Shown: positions 38,876-50,162 of the stretch, piece by piece | How positions within the stretch are numbered: the first letter of the stretch is position 1 | Layout: each line of letters starts with the position of its first letter | Assembly: GCF_006345805.1 (NCBI RefSeq) | Contig: NC_043026.1 | Coordinates: 12,193,579 to 12,257,578 of the forward strand | Source of the DNA: Octopus sinensis | Lineage: Eukaryota | DNA length: 64,000 nucleotides | Direction: 5' to 3' | Notes under the pieces: model-generated | The model's input: the letters and a program-made list of their open reading frames with translations, nothing else | Told to the model about the DNA's origin: nothing | The model's database searches: none | Translations under genes and position numbers: made by a program

Positions 38876-39107
38876 CTGTTTCTTTATTACCCACAAGGGG
38901 CTAAACATAGAGGGGACAAACAAGGACAGACAAATGGATTAAGTCGATTACATCGATCCCAGTGCGTAACTGGTACTTAATTCATCGACCCCGAAAGGAT
39001 GAAAGGCAAAGTCGACTTCGGTGGAATTTGAACTCAGAACATAACGTCAGATGAAATACGGCTACACATTTCGTCCGGCGTGCTAACGTTTCTGCCAGCT
39101 TGCCGCC
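38876..39107 (-). mobile_element. SINE family B monomer inserted at the ZNF 3' end
   Basis: TSD TTCT(C/G)TCTTGTAT at 38863-38875 and 39108-39120. Confidence 0.9.
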
Positions 39108-40141
39108 TTCTGTCTTGTATGAGTAAGTCTGTGTACAGGTAAGTAACTGCTTACAGAGAATGATTTACCACATATATCACAAGGATACGGTTTCTCTCCT
39201 GTATGGCTGCGTTTGTGTGTAGTTAAGTTACTACATACAGAGAATGATTTCCCACAGATATCACACTGATACGGCTTCTCTCCCGTATGAACACGTTTGT
39301 GTCTGGTTAAGCGACCAGCTTCAGGGAATGATTTACCACAAATATCACAGTCATGTGGCTTCCCTCCCGTATGAATGTATTTGTGTCTAGTTAATATTTC
39401 ATTCTGAGAGAATGATTTGCCACAGATATCACATCTATATGGCTTTTCTCCTGTGTGAATGTATTTGTGCTTTGCTAAATTATTATGTGAGAATGATTTG
39501 CCACAGATATCACAGTGATATGGTTTGTCTCCTGTATGTGTGCGTTTGTGTTTAGTTAAAGGACTAGATTCGGAGAATGATTTACCACAGATGTCACAGT
39601 GATACGGCTTCTCACCCGTATGAATACGCTTGTGTTTAGTCAACTGAGCAATTTGAGGGAATGATTTACCACAGATATCACACGGATATGGCCTCTCTCC
39701 TGTATGAGTGCGTTTATGTTTAGATAACGGGCCCGTTGCAGAGAATGATCTACCACAGGTATCACATTTGTATGGTTTCTCACCTGTATGAATGCGTGTG
39801 TGAGTAATTAAGGGTCCAACTTGAGAAAATGATTTGCCACAGATATCACAGCGATATGGCTTCTCCCCTGTATGAATACGCTCATGGACACTTAAACTAC
39901 TCTTCTGACAGAATGATTTTCCACAGATATCACAGCGAAATGGCTTCTCTCCTGTATGAATACGTTTGTGTACATTAAGGGCACCCGTTTGAGAGAATGG
40001 CTTTTTACAGATATCACAGTAGTGTAATCTTTTTTCTATATTAGTTGGAATCTCTTCAGTCAAGTCAGTCATTTTAGACTGTGATTCACATTTAACAAGG
40101 TCCTCATACAATTCACTTTCCATTTTTTCTTCCCTCTCCAT
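39083..40141 (-). CDS. C2H2 zinc-finger protein, 352 aa, 11 fingers (one with 11-residue spacing), SINE-encoded C-terminus
   Basis: Intact ATG ORF; acceptor TTTCTTGTTTCAG at 40414-40415; candidate donor AAG|GTAATT at 42983. Confidence 0.93.
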   Translation of the reverse strand: MEREEKMESELYEDLVKCESQSKMTDLTEEIPTNIEKRLHYCDICKKPFSQTGALNVHKRIHTGEKPFRCDICGKSFCQKSSLSVHERIHTGEKPYRCDICGKSFSQVGPLITHTRIHTGEKPYKCDTCGRSFSATGPLSKHKRTHTGERPYPCDICGKSFPQIAQLTKHKRIHTGEKPYHCDICGKSFSESSPLTKHKRTHTGDKPYHCDICGKSFSHNNLAKHKYIHTGEKPYRCDICGKSFSQNEILTRHKYIHTGGKPHDCDICGKSFPEAGRLTRHKRVHTGEKPYQCDICGKSFSVCSNLTTHKRSHTGEKPYPCDICGKSFSVSSYLPVHRLTHTRQKAASWQKR

Positions 40142-40537
40142 AATATACGAATGGTTATATCTGTTCTGATTTTATATTTTTTCCTAAGGAATAATTAGGC
40201 AACGTTTCCATAAACTGTGGTCTTAACCAATATCAGAAGATGCTGTTAACTCTGCAGTAATCCAAGGTCAATAAAAATTCAAAGTCATTTCAAACACACT
40301 CCAGATAATGAAGTCAAGAAATTTTGTTAAAGGTCTCAATGATTCTACCATACATTTATATAAACAGGGTCATATCTGTTCTGTATTCTTTAATGCCAAT
40401 GTCACCTGGTAATCTGAAACAAGAAAAAAGAAAGGGAACAGTATAAATTATTAAGAATACTTGATATTTTTGGGAATGAACAGTCAAAGTTTCACGACTT
40501 TTTTGTAATAACATTTTCTTTATAGTTTGTTGGCACC

Positions 40538-40930
40538 ATGAGTGGCTGTGTGGTAAGTAGCTTGTTTACCAACCACATGGTTCCGGGTTCAGTCCCACTG
40601 CGTGGCACCTTGGGCAAGTGTCTTCTACTATAGCCCCAGGCCGACCAAAGCCTTGTGAGTGGATTTCCTAGACGGAAACTGAAAGAAGCCCGTCGTATAT
40701 ATGTATATATATAAGTATGTGTGTATCTGTGTTTGTCCCCCCAACATCGCTTGACAACCGATGCTGGTGTGTTTACGTCCCCGTAACTTAGCGGTTCGGC
40801 AAAAAAGAGACCGATAAAATAAGTACTAGGCTCACAAAGAATAAGTCCTGGGGTCAATTTGATCGACTAAAGGCGGTGCTCCAGCATGGCCACAGTCACA
40901 TGACTGAAACAAGTAAAAGAGAGTAAAGAG
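40538..40930 (+). mobile_element. SINE family A
   Basis: Matches A consensus. Confidence 0.88.
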
Positions 40931-41535
40931 TATGAATTAAGAATACTTGACATTTTTTAAATCGAACAAAGTTTCACAACTTTTTTGTAATAACATTTTC
41001 TTTATATTTTGTAGGCACCTTATCTGAAATTGACATGTTTACAAACTTGAGTTGCATCTTTATATTGTATAAAGGGTAAAAAACCCCTTCAGTTATGAAG
41101 CCTTTCCTTTGGATAACATCAGTAACAAGGAGAGGTTGGTATGTCTGGGCAACTGCTGGTCTTCCATAAACAACTCTGCCCAGACTTGTGTCTTGGAGGG
41201 GAACTTTTTAGGTGCAATCCCATGGCCCTTCATAATTCACGTCCATTGAATTATTCATGAATATTTATTTTCAGGCCATTTTTTTCAATAACCATAAATG
41301 GAAAGTGAATCTTTCTTCGGCAATTTCCGTAAATTCTTTTTACTTCTTTCATTGTTTGAATCGCTTGTATTTAAGTACTTTGTGTGTGTGCATATATATA
41401 TATATATATATATTTAACAATTAAGGATAACTTCTTAATAAGGGATCTTAACAAGAAATTATCAGGTAGATAGCGTGAAAAACCTCATAAGAGAAAAATT
41501 TCGAAAATAATTCTTTCTTATTGAACATATTAATT

Positions 41536-41768
41536 TATATATAGAGGGCATTATTACAGATAAATGCCTCACGCTAAGAGGGACATCAGTCATTTCTACC
41601 AAAAATTTTACTAATCATACCCAATGCAATTTTTCAAAGCAAGACATTTAAAAAATGAATCTTGCTTTGAAAAATTGCATTAGGTATGATTAGTAAAATT
41701 TTTGGTAGAAATGACTGATGTCCCTCTTAGCGTGAGGCATTTATCTGTAATAATGCCCTCTATATATA
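41536..41768. repeat. near-perfect palindrome, about 108 bp arms with one mismatch, set in (TA)n
   Basis: TATATATAGAGGGCATTATTACAG...CAAAGCAAGA / TCTTGCTTTG...CTGTAATAATGCCCTCTATATATA. Confidence 0.92.
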
Positions 41769-41911
41769 AATATATATATATAGGGTTTTGCTGAACCCTA
41801 ATTATATAACGTAATGTTTTAAATATACCGTAAATGGTCTTTTTACATAACTGAACACTACTTGGTAAAATTATTAATTAATAATTAATTAATTTTACCC
41901 TTATTATTATT

Positions 41912-41952
<41 letters not shown>

Positions 41953-42235
41953 AAGGGTGAAATATAATTAATTTAATAAAATTAATAAATTTCACCTAGT
42001 AGTTTTTTCGGTATGGAAATGACCATATTCGGTAAGGATTATATTAATTATAATAAAGGGTTAATTGCAACAAGTTGCTCAAAAGTACATACTGAAAATG
42101 TTAGAAATAGCAGCCAAATAGGTCACCATTTCTACTACTAGAAAAATAAGTCTCCACAAACAAACAGAATTTGTAACCCGTATATGGTAAAGAGAAAGAA
42201 GACAACGAAATCCCAGCCTATTATATATATATATA

Positions 42236-42621
42236 CTAGCAGTATCGCCCGGCGTTGCTCGGGTTTGTAAGGGAAATAACTATAAAGCATTTTTAGAGAG
42301 TTATAGCCAAAAAATAGCAAAAGATGCATTAAAAATGGAAAAAAAATTATGGTAAATTTTTTTAAAAAATCGATGACTCATCGTAGACATTTTTAGAGAG
42401 TTAATTCCCTTTATTAAAAAAATATGCATTAAAATGGAAAAAAATGATGTTAAATTATTTTTAAAATCGTAGACGCGCGCTAATACCCAGAAGGGCTCGA
42501 TATGAATCACGACTATAAGATACCCGAATTTGGTTAAACTGCACCGCAAAATGTGGGAGTAGTTAGGAATCTAAATCGAAGGGGACAGACACTCACACAA
42601 CTACAGTTTTATATATAAAGA
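42236..42621 (-). mobile_element. non-autonomous Helitron
   Basis: CTAG at 42236, hairpin, TC at 42620-42621. Confidence 0.85.
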
Positions 42622-43080
42622 TATTCGTATACACAAATATACATACAGAAGGCATTCTTTCGGTTTGATTCGACGATCCAAGAACTAATGGGTTGTGTGT
42701 GTGTGTGTGTGCTTCTTCTTGTCTGTGTGTGCGTGCGTGTTTTTATGTATTTATGTGTTGTGGAATATAGATATAACGAAATTATAGACAAGCACACACG
42801 CACGAATCTTGCACTTCCTTCTGTCGCCACCAGCCACACCTTCTCTAACCACAAACCTGCATATACCTCGCCACTAAACAACCGTATTTCGATACAGATC
42901 CTTACTTTCCTTAATTTCTTGTTATCCACCAGAATAGCTTATGGTGAAAATAAGTGAACAAAATAATGTGGCAAAATAATTACCTTAGATAACGACATTC
43001 CACTTCTTGTTACGACAGGGCGGCCACGAACAAACGTTCTGTTCTGTGTTCCATGCGCTGCTTCCGTTTCTATCGAAGTA

Positions 43081-43091
43081 GCGTCACTTCC
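43081..43091 (-). promoter_or_regulatory. GGAAGTGACGC (ETS+CRE half-site-like), putative promoter of the 39083-40141 ZNF gene
   Basis: About 100 nt upstream of the minus-strand donor at 42983; CpG-containing non-repeat DNA. Confidence 0.45.
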
Positions 43092-43106
43092 TTTATCAAA
43101 TTCAGG

Positions 43107-43545
43107 TTGTTATATCTCTCTTTACTCTTTTTACTCTTTTTACTTGTTTCAGTCATTTGACTGCGGCCATGCTGGAGCACCGCCTTTAGTCGATCAAATC
43201 GACCCCGGGACTTATTCTTTTGTAAGCCCAGTACTTATTCTATCGGTCTCGCTTTTGCCGAACCGCTAAGTAACGGGGACGTAAACACACCAGCATCGGT
43301 TGTCAAGCAATGCTAGGGGAACAAACACAGACACACAAACATATTCACACACACTTATATATATATATATATACATATATACGACAGGCTTCTTCCAGTT
43401 TCCGTCTACCAAATCCACTCACAAGGCATTGGTCGGCCCGGGGCTATAGCAGAAGACACGTGCCCAAGGTGCCACGCAGTGGGACTGAACCCGGAACCAT
43501 GTGGTTGGTTAGCAAGCTACTTACCACACAGCCACTCCTGCGCCT
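43107..43545 (-). mobile_element. SINE family A, full length
   Basis: Matches A consensus. Confidence 0.9.
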
Positions 43546-43625
43546 ATGTCGAAGTATATCGGTGGAAAACTCCTCATAACTTTTTTATTTTTCGGAAATT
43601 TCAGAAACATTTTTGCAAATGTGTG

Positions 43626-43939
43626 GGATCTTTTCGGTTTGAATGGCAGTTTTTTCTAGCGGTGTCATATGAAATTGTCACTCATAATTATGACCCTAGT
43701 ATCGATCTGTTTTAAGGTTAGGGCTAGAGTTAGGGTTAGGTTTAGGGGTGGGGAAAGGGTATCTTTTTTTCTTCACAAATGTAAATAAACCCAATCTGTT
43801 TCTTAAACGAGGGACATATTCATACGGCACAGAATGTTTTTTTTTACCTCAATTGACGTCATTGATTGGTTGAAATTGCAGAAACTGAAGAAAGCCTTGT
43901 GAGTGGATTTGGTAGGCGGAAACTGAAAGAAGCCCGACG

Positions 43940-43972
<33 letters not shown>

Positions 43973-44649
43973 GTATGTGTGTGTGTCTGTGTTTGTCCCC
44001 CTAGCATTGCCTGACAACCGATGCTGGTGTGTTTATGTCCCCGTTACTTAGCGGTTAGGCAAAAGCGAGACCGATAGAATAAGTACTGGGCTTACAAAAG
44101 AATAAGTCCCGGGGTCGAGTTGCTCGATTAAAGGCGGTGCTCCAGCATGGCCGCAGTCAAATGACTGAAACAAGTAAAAGAGTATTGTATATTGCTGTAT
44201 TTTTTTAGTCGATTAAAACCTTTTAAACTTTGATATTCGAGTTTGGGTTTATAACAATCATAACCTGCCCGTCGAGGCAAGGTATTGTAACGTAACGGTT
44301 AATAAATACTTCCTTAAAACCTCATACATTATTCATCTTACACATCTTACAACATGCTGTCATAGCAACAAATATTTTATAAACACATTCTACCAGTATA
44401 CGAAGTTTTAAAAGTGTTTAGTTACTCTTTACTCTTTTACTCGTTTCAGTCATTTGACTGCGGCCATGCTGGAGCACCGCCTTTAATCGAGCAACTCGAC
44501 CCCGGGACTTATTCTTTTGTAAGCCCAGTACTTATTCTATCGGTCTCGCTTTTGCCGAACCGCTAAGTAACGGGGACGTAAACACACCAGCATCGGTTGT
44601 CAAGCAATGCTAGGGGGACAAACACAGACACACAAACACACACGCACAT

Positions 44650-44685
<36 letters not shown>

Positions 44686-44821
44686 TTGTTGAAATAGAAA
44701 GATGAATTTTCTTGTTACAGATTATTCAAAAGTTTAACCGATACCTGGGTAGCAAAAACCACAGCAGAATAAAAGGAATTCTGTACAATCTTCGTTCAAC
44801 TCCATTTCTTCCATTCACTAA

Positions 44822-44855
<34 letters not shown>

Positions 44856-45070
44856 CGACGGGCTTCTTTCAGTTTCCGTCTACCAAATCCACTCACAAGG
44901 CTTTGGTCGGCCCGAGGCTATAGTAGAAGACACTTGCCTAAGGTGCCACGCTGTGGGACTGAACCCGGAACCATGTGTTGGTAAACAAGCTACTTACCAC
45001 ACAGCCACTCCTGCGCCTATAGTTACATGGAAATTATATTAAAAACCTGCCGGTCAAACCGAAAAGATCC
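43626..45070. mobile_element. GGATC-family MITE broken by SINE-A insertions (43893-44183 +; 44426-45019 - with TAGTTAC TSD)
   Basis: Left TIR 43626, right TIR 45070; internal pieces match 18156-18564. Confidence 0.75.
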
Positions 45071-45085
45071 CATAATTCGACTATT

Positions 45086-45468
45086 GGCGATCTTTCGTCT
45101 CTAGTAGACCTTTCCGTCGATTTCCGTAAAAAATTTTTTTTTACATATGGGCTTGCGGGAACTTTTGAAGTAATATACATACATCTTTCTTTCACACATT
45201 ACTGTCTCTTCACACACACTAACAGAAGCACTTCACTTACACAACATACTGTCTGTCTCCCACACCCCATCAAACACACACACATACACATGTACATCAA
45301 TGCTTCCCCTGGACGGTAACTTCAAAAGAACTTCCCTCGTCATACAATCGCTTTCTCTTAGTGTGTTTCGCTCTCATTACTTCAAAAGTTCCCGCAAGCC
45401 CATATGTAAAAAAAAAAATTTTTTTTACGGAAATCGACGGAAAGGTCTACTAGAGACGAAAGATTGCC
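45086..45468. mobile_element. GGCGA-ended MITE with exact 8 bp TSD (Merlin-like)
   Basis: TSD CGACTATT at 45078-45085 and 45469-45476. Confidence 0.88.
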
Positions 45469-46023
45469 CGACTATTTACCCCCCAATATTACAGCCGTAA
45501 AAATAAATACTTGTCAACTCACCGTTTTCAGATGTAAGCAAAGAATCAGTACCTTGTGGTGTTTCTAGAAATGATTGAGTCAGCAATTCTTCCAGCTTCA
45601 TTCCACATCTATATTTATATAACTTCTATTTGATTTACGTCTTATCCGTCCGTATGGCGCGTTAAAGCTGGATATGTTTTTAATCCCTGATTAAGTTGGA
45701 AATAACTCCTGAATAATAAGGGTATAACAATTAAACCCGTGTTGTATACATACATATGTGTGTGTGTGTGTGTATATGTGTCACACGTACAAAAATTTAA
45801 AAACAGATACTAATAATTTAATACAGTAGAGATACAATAATTTGTCAGGTTTTTATAACGCGTCGTGTGTCATCAAGCAATTTTTTTCAAGCTGACAAAC
45901 ATACCGTTAGACCTATTTGAAACCCAGAACGCTTGTCTATGAGAAACCCCCCACCCAAAAAAAGACGCTTGTCTATGAGAAAAAACAACAAAAAACCCCC
46001 CAAAAAACCAGAAGTGTTTTTAG

Positions 46024-46976
46024 AGATCTTTTCGGTTTGAACGGCAGTTTTTTCTAGCGGTGTCATATGAAATTGTCACCCATAATTATGACCCTAGAAT
46101 CGATCTATTGCATTTCAATCTGTTTTAGGGTTAGGGTTAGTTAGGGTTAGGGGTGTGGTGAAAGGTATCTTTTTTTCTTCACAAATGTAAATAAACCCAA
46201 TCTGTTTCTTAAACGAGGGACATATTCATACGGCACAGAATGTTTTCACCTCAATAGACGTCATTGATTGGTTGAAATTGCAGAAATTGAAGAAAAAAAA
46301 CAACAACAAATATCTTACAAACTATAGAATTTTCTCAATAAAGCCAAGAGAAAAAGATGTTTTATAAACACATTCTACCAGTATACGAAGTTTAAAAGTG
46401 TTTAGTTACGTGGAAATTATTTTAAAAAACTGCCGTTCAAACCGAAAAGATCCTAAACCGAATCTGTTTCTTAAACGAGGGACATATTCATACGGCACAG
46501 AATGTTTTCACCTCAATAGACGTCATTGATTGGTTGAAATTGCAGAAATTGAAGAAAAAAAACAACAAATATCTTACAAACTATAGAATTTTCTCAATAA
46601 AGCCAAGAGAAAAAGATGTTTTATAAACACATTCTACCAGTATACGAAGTTTAAAAGTGTTTAGTTACGTGGAAATTATTTTAAAAAACTGCCGTTCAAA
46701 CCGAAAAGATCCTAAACCGAATCTGTTTCTTAAACGAGGGACTTATTCATACGGCACAGAATGTTTTCACCTCAATAGACGTCATTGATTGGTTGAAATT
46801 GCAGAAATTGAAGAGAAAAAAACAACAAATATCTTACAAACTATAGAATTTTCTCAATAAAGCCAAGAGAAAAAGATGTTTTATTTTGACACATTCTACC
46901 AGTATACGAAGTTTAAAAGTGTTTAGTTACGTGGAAATTATGTTAAAAAAAACTGCCGTTCAAACCGAAAAGATCC
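46024..46976. mobile_element. GGATC-family MITE with right about 260 bp triplicated; 8 bp TSD with one mismatch
   Basis: Right ends at 46453, 46712, 46976; GTTTTTAG (46016-46023) vs GCTTTTAG (46977-46984). Confidence 0.85.
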
Positions 46977-47359
46977 GCTTTTAGTGTTTGGCCCTGGCTT
47001 TTATTAATACTCATGGCAAAAGAAACTCAGATAGGAAACTGTAACCGTTTAAATTGGAATGGGACATTAGATGGCATAGTTAGTATGCAAAGAATGAAGA
47101 CGGTGTCACCTTTACCGCAACCAGTGAGAATATTTATCTCAATGCAGTTCTTCATAAATTTGTGAACAATTAATCTTGTACCATTTCATAAGTTTGGTTG
47201 AGACAAATTACGCAATAACGTAATAGGAGTCCCTTTTTTTCAGCTGAAGACAATAAGGAACTGTACCTGGTGGTTCTAGTGAGTTCAAAAAATTCGATGG
47301 GGGTAGTTAACACGATCCTGATCTTCAACAACACTGTCAATTGAGTTATAAGTGAATAT

Positions 47360-47943
47360 CTTGCATCCCCAAAGTTCGTCCCCTCCTCGCCGTGGTTGGG
47401 GACGCTGGTAACGGGTAGTGTCAGAGCTATGCCGTCGGGAACTTCGGTTCCTGGTAGGGCTACCCAAGGCGGATTGGTCTGACAACCATATGGTTCTAGG
47501 TTCAGTCCCACTGCCTGGCACCTTGGGCAAGTGCCTTCTGCTATAGTTTCCCAAAGTCCATTGCGTCCCCAAAGTCCATCCCCTCCTCACTGTGGTTGGG
47601 GACGCTGGCAACGGGTAGTGTCAGAGCTATGCCGTCGGGAACTTCGGTTCCTGGTAGGGCCACCCAAGGCGGATTGGTCTGACACCGAGTGGTATTAGGG
47701 CCACAACCCGGCAGACGGGGCTCTGGTGAAGACCCTCGGAGTGTCTGTTTCGGCAACCGGCGGCTCCTCGGTCGTTCTGTCCCTGCGTCTGCGGAGAATC
47801 TGCGGCAAACAGGATGTCTCCACATGCGGGATTGATGGGGACCGCTTGTGAAATCCACATATTCCCACGAAACTTCTTCCATGAGTAGAAGAAGCCGACT
47901 CAACCCGCCCAGGGTGAATGTCGCCACAAGTACAGGTTAGTAG
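47360..47943 (-). mobile_element. GC-rich insertion with 11 bp TSD, possibly derived from an RTE 5' UTR, with internal 120 bp duplication around a SINE-A head piece
   Basis: TSD TAAGTGAATAT at 47349-47359 and 47944-47954; CCTACCAGG...CCCGACGGCATAGCTCT motif recalls RTE 5' regions (memory only). Confidence 0.55.
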
Positions 47944-48255
47944 TAAGTGAATATTTCTCCCAGAATCTTATTCAATAGCATATTATTAATGCTATGTACT
48001 GCAACATTTATTAGAGTCAGGATAGTTCGCTCACAGACCCAATCTGCATTATTGTTATTAGGAAGAAGATTAGGAGAAATCATCCACCAAATCATCGACG
48101 GAATGAGTTGAATTGGATTGAGTGTAAGGAACTGGTCTTCATCAATTGGAAGTCTCCTTTCGCCAAGTTTCAAAATATTACAGCAAATAGTACAGCTGAT
48201 TGATGTCTTGAAAACCTCAATCTCATTTTTGTTGGAAGCTGAAGTGTTTTCACAT

Positions 48256-48537
48256 GATGAAAGGCAAAGTCGACCTTGGCGGAATTTGAACTCAGAACGT
48301 AAAAACAGACGAAATACCTATTTCTTTACTACCCACAAGGGGCTAAACACAGGGAGGACAAACAAGGACATACAAACGGATTAAGTCGATTACATCGACC
48401 ACAGTGCGTAACTGGTCCTTAATTTATCGACCCCGAAAGGATGAAAGGCAGAATTTGAACTCAGAACGTAGCGGCAGACAAAATACCGCAAAGAAATTTC
48501 GCCCGGCGAGCTAACGTTTCTGCCAGCTCGCCGTCGT
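48256..48537 (-). mobile_element. SINE family B, partial dimer
   Basis: Standard junction at about 48317. Confidence 0.82.
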
Positions 48538-48967
48538 CAATATATATATCTTTATAGGGGTTTCTTTTAGTCAAAGAAATCAACCCCAGGACTTATTCAT
48601 AGTAAGCCTACTACTTATTCTATTGGACTCTTTTGCTGGACCATTAAGTTATTTAGTGAAGTATTGAGCTCATCCACTTTTGTTCCTCTTGGAACAATTG
48701 GTAGTGTCTGTCAGAAGTCTGACAATAATACTGTGACATTATGGAATAGCGATTTCTAATGTCTCGTAATGTTCTATCAACAGCTTCAAAAGCTTTTTTG
48801 TGGGCCATGGTACATTTCTTCCAGACAATCAAGTGACATCGTTGTATTAGTTGAAGAATTTTTAGATATATTACAAACTGGATCTTATATGTTAGATAAA
48901 TTTAAAGGTAACTTGAATGTTGAATATATATATACACATACATACATACATACATACATACACACAA

Positions 48968-49006
<39 letters not shown>

Positions 49007-49389
49007 CTAGCAGTATCGCCCGGCGTTGCTCAGGTTTGTAAGGGAAATAACTATAAAGCATTTTTAGAGAGTTATAGCCAAAAAACAGCAAAAAAATGGA
49101 AAAAAATGATGGTAAATTTTTATTTAGTTAAAAAAAGGTGGAGTTGCGTCCCCTAGACAGTTTGCGGTTTGTGTTTCTGATTCTCGACCCCATGTCGAAT
49201 TTATCGATTTTTTTCAGAACTGGGGGAACTTTTCAAAATTTTCGCTGCGTTAGTTTTGAATTATGACATTGGGCTATGTGTGTGTCAAGTTTCATCAGAA
49301 TCGGTTGAAAGCCTTGGTCAGGGTGAGGGTACAAGCAAACAGACACACAGAAACACGCACAGACAAACTGCCGTTTATATATAGAGAGA
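49007..49389 (-). mobile_element. non-autonomous Helitron (5' half of the 36447 type, 3' end of the 23733 type)
   Basis: CTAG at 49007, TC at 49388-49389. Confidence 0.8.
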
Positions 49390-49767
49390 TATATATATAT
49401 TAATCAATTTAGGGTAGTAAAAAATTCGGTAGAAATTTATCACTACCAGCGGCCCAGTGGAAAAGAAAAATAGTCATGAGACTAAAATGTAAATATATAA
49501 CAATTTAGGAATGGCCTTAACAGGCCATTCGTCCACTAGACAGAGCAGCCATAACTCTAACCGCCAAATAATGTAATTCGGAAATAGGTGAAAAATTAAA
49601 AACGTTTACCCTAATTCATCTTTTAGACGATGCATCGTTTCTGCGTTTTTAATGATAGACCAGCTTAATTAAATTAAATTAAGCTAATCTACCATAGGTC
49701 ACGCTTCGTCAGTAAAGAAACCTTTGGTAGAGGACAGATATCCCAGAGGCTTCGATACAGTAGCCTC

Positions 49768-49769
<2 letters not shown>

Positions 49770-49860
<91 letters not shown>

Positions 49861-49865
49861 ATATA

Positions 49866-49880
<15 letters not shown>
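49770..49880. repeat. (TA)n microsatellite
   Basis: Direct reading. Confidence 0.95.
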
Positions 49881-49897
<17 letters not shown>

Positions 49898-49980
49898 TTG
49901 TGTGTCTGTGTTTGTCCCCCTAGCATTGCTTGACAACCGATGCTGGTGTGTTTACGTCCCCGTAACTTAGCGGTTCGGCA

Positions 49981-50106
49981 AAAAGAGACCGATAGAATAA
50001 GTACTGGGCTTACAAAGAATAAGTCCCGGGGTCGATTTGCTCGACTAAAAGCGGTGCTCCAGCATGGCCGCAGTCAAACGACTGAAACAAGTAAAAGAGT
50101 AAAAGA

Positions 50107-50162
<56 letters not shown>

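Larger units (their letters stand above)
45930..48930 (-). mobile_element. Helitron PIF1-like helicase relic, split by nested insertions
   Basis: Pieces read FKLPLNL...ECTMAHKKAFEAVDRTLRD...QTLPIVPRGT; WVCERTIL; YNSIDSV...NSLEPPG...LLRNL...NGTRL...FKRLQFP..SFAMSINKSQGQTL; VFSHRQ; stops and frameshifts present. Confidence 0.88.

Noticed and set aside
46120-46155. Interstitial telomere or chromosome fusion scar
   Set aside because: Only 3-4 imperfect TTAGGG units, always inside a MITE.
47840-47943. HDV-like ribozyme at the 5' end of the RTE-like insert
   Set aside because: P1-like (AACCTGT/GCGGGTT), P2-like (CTTGTG/CACAAG) and a hairpin can be drawn, but P3, the P1.1 GG and the catalytic C in J4/2 are missing. 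An Infernal or RNArobo search would settle it.
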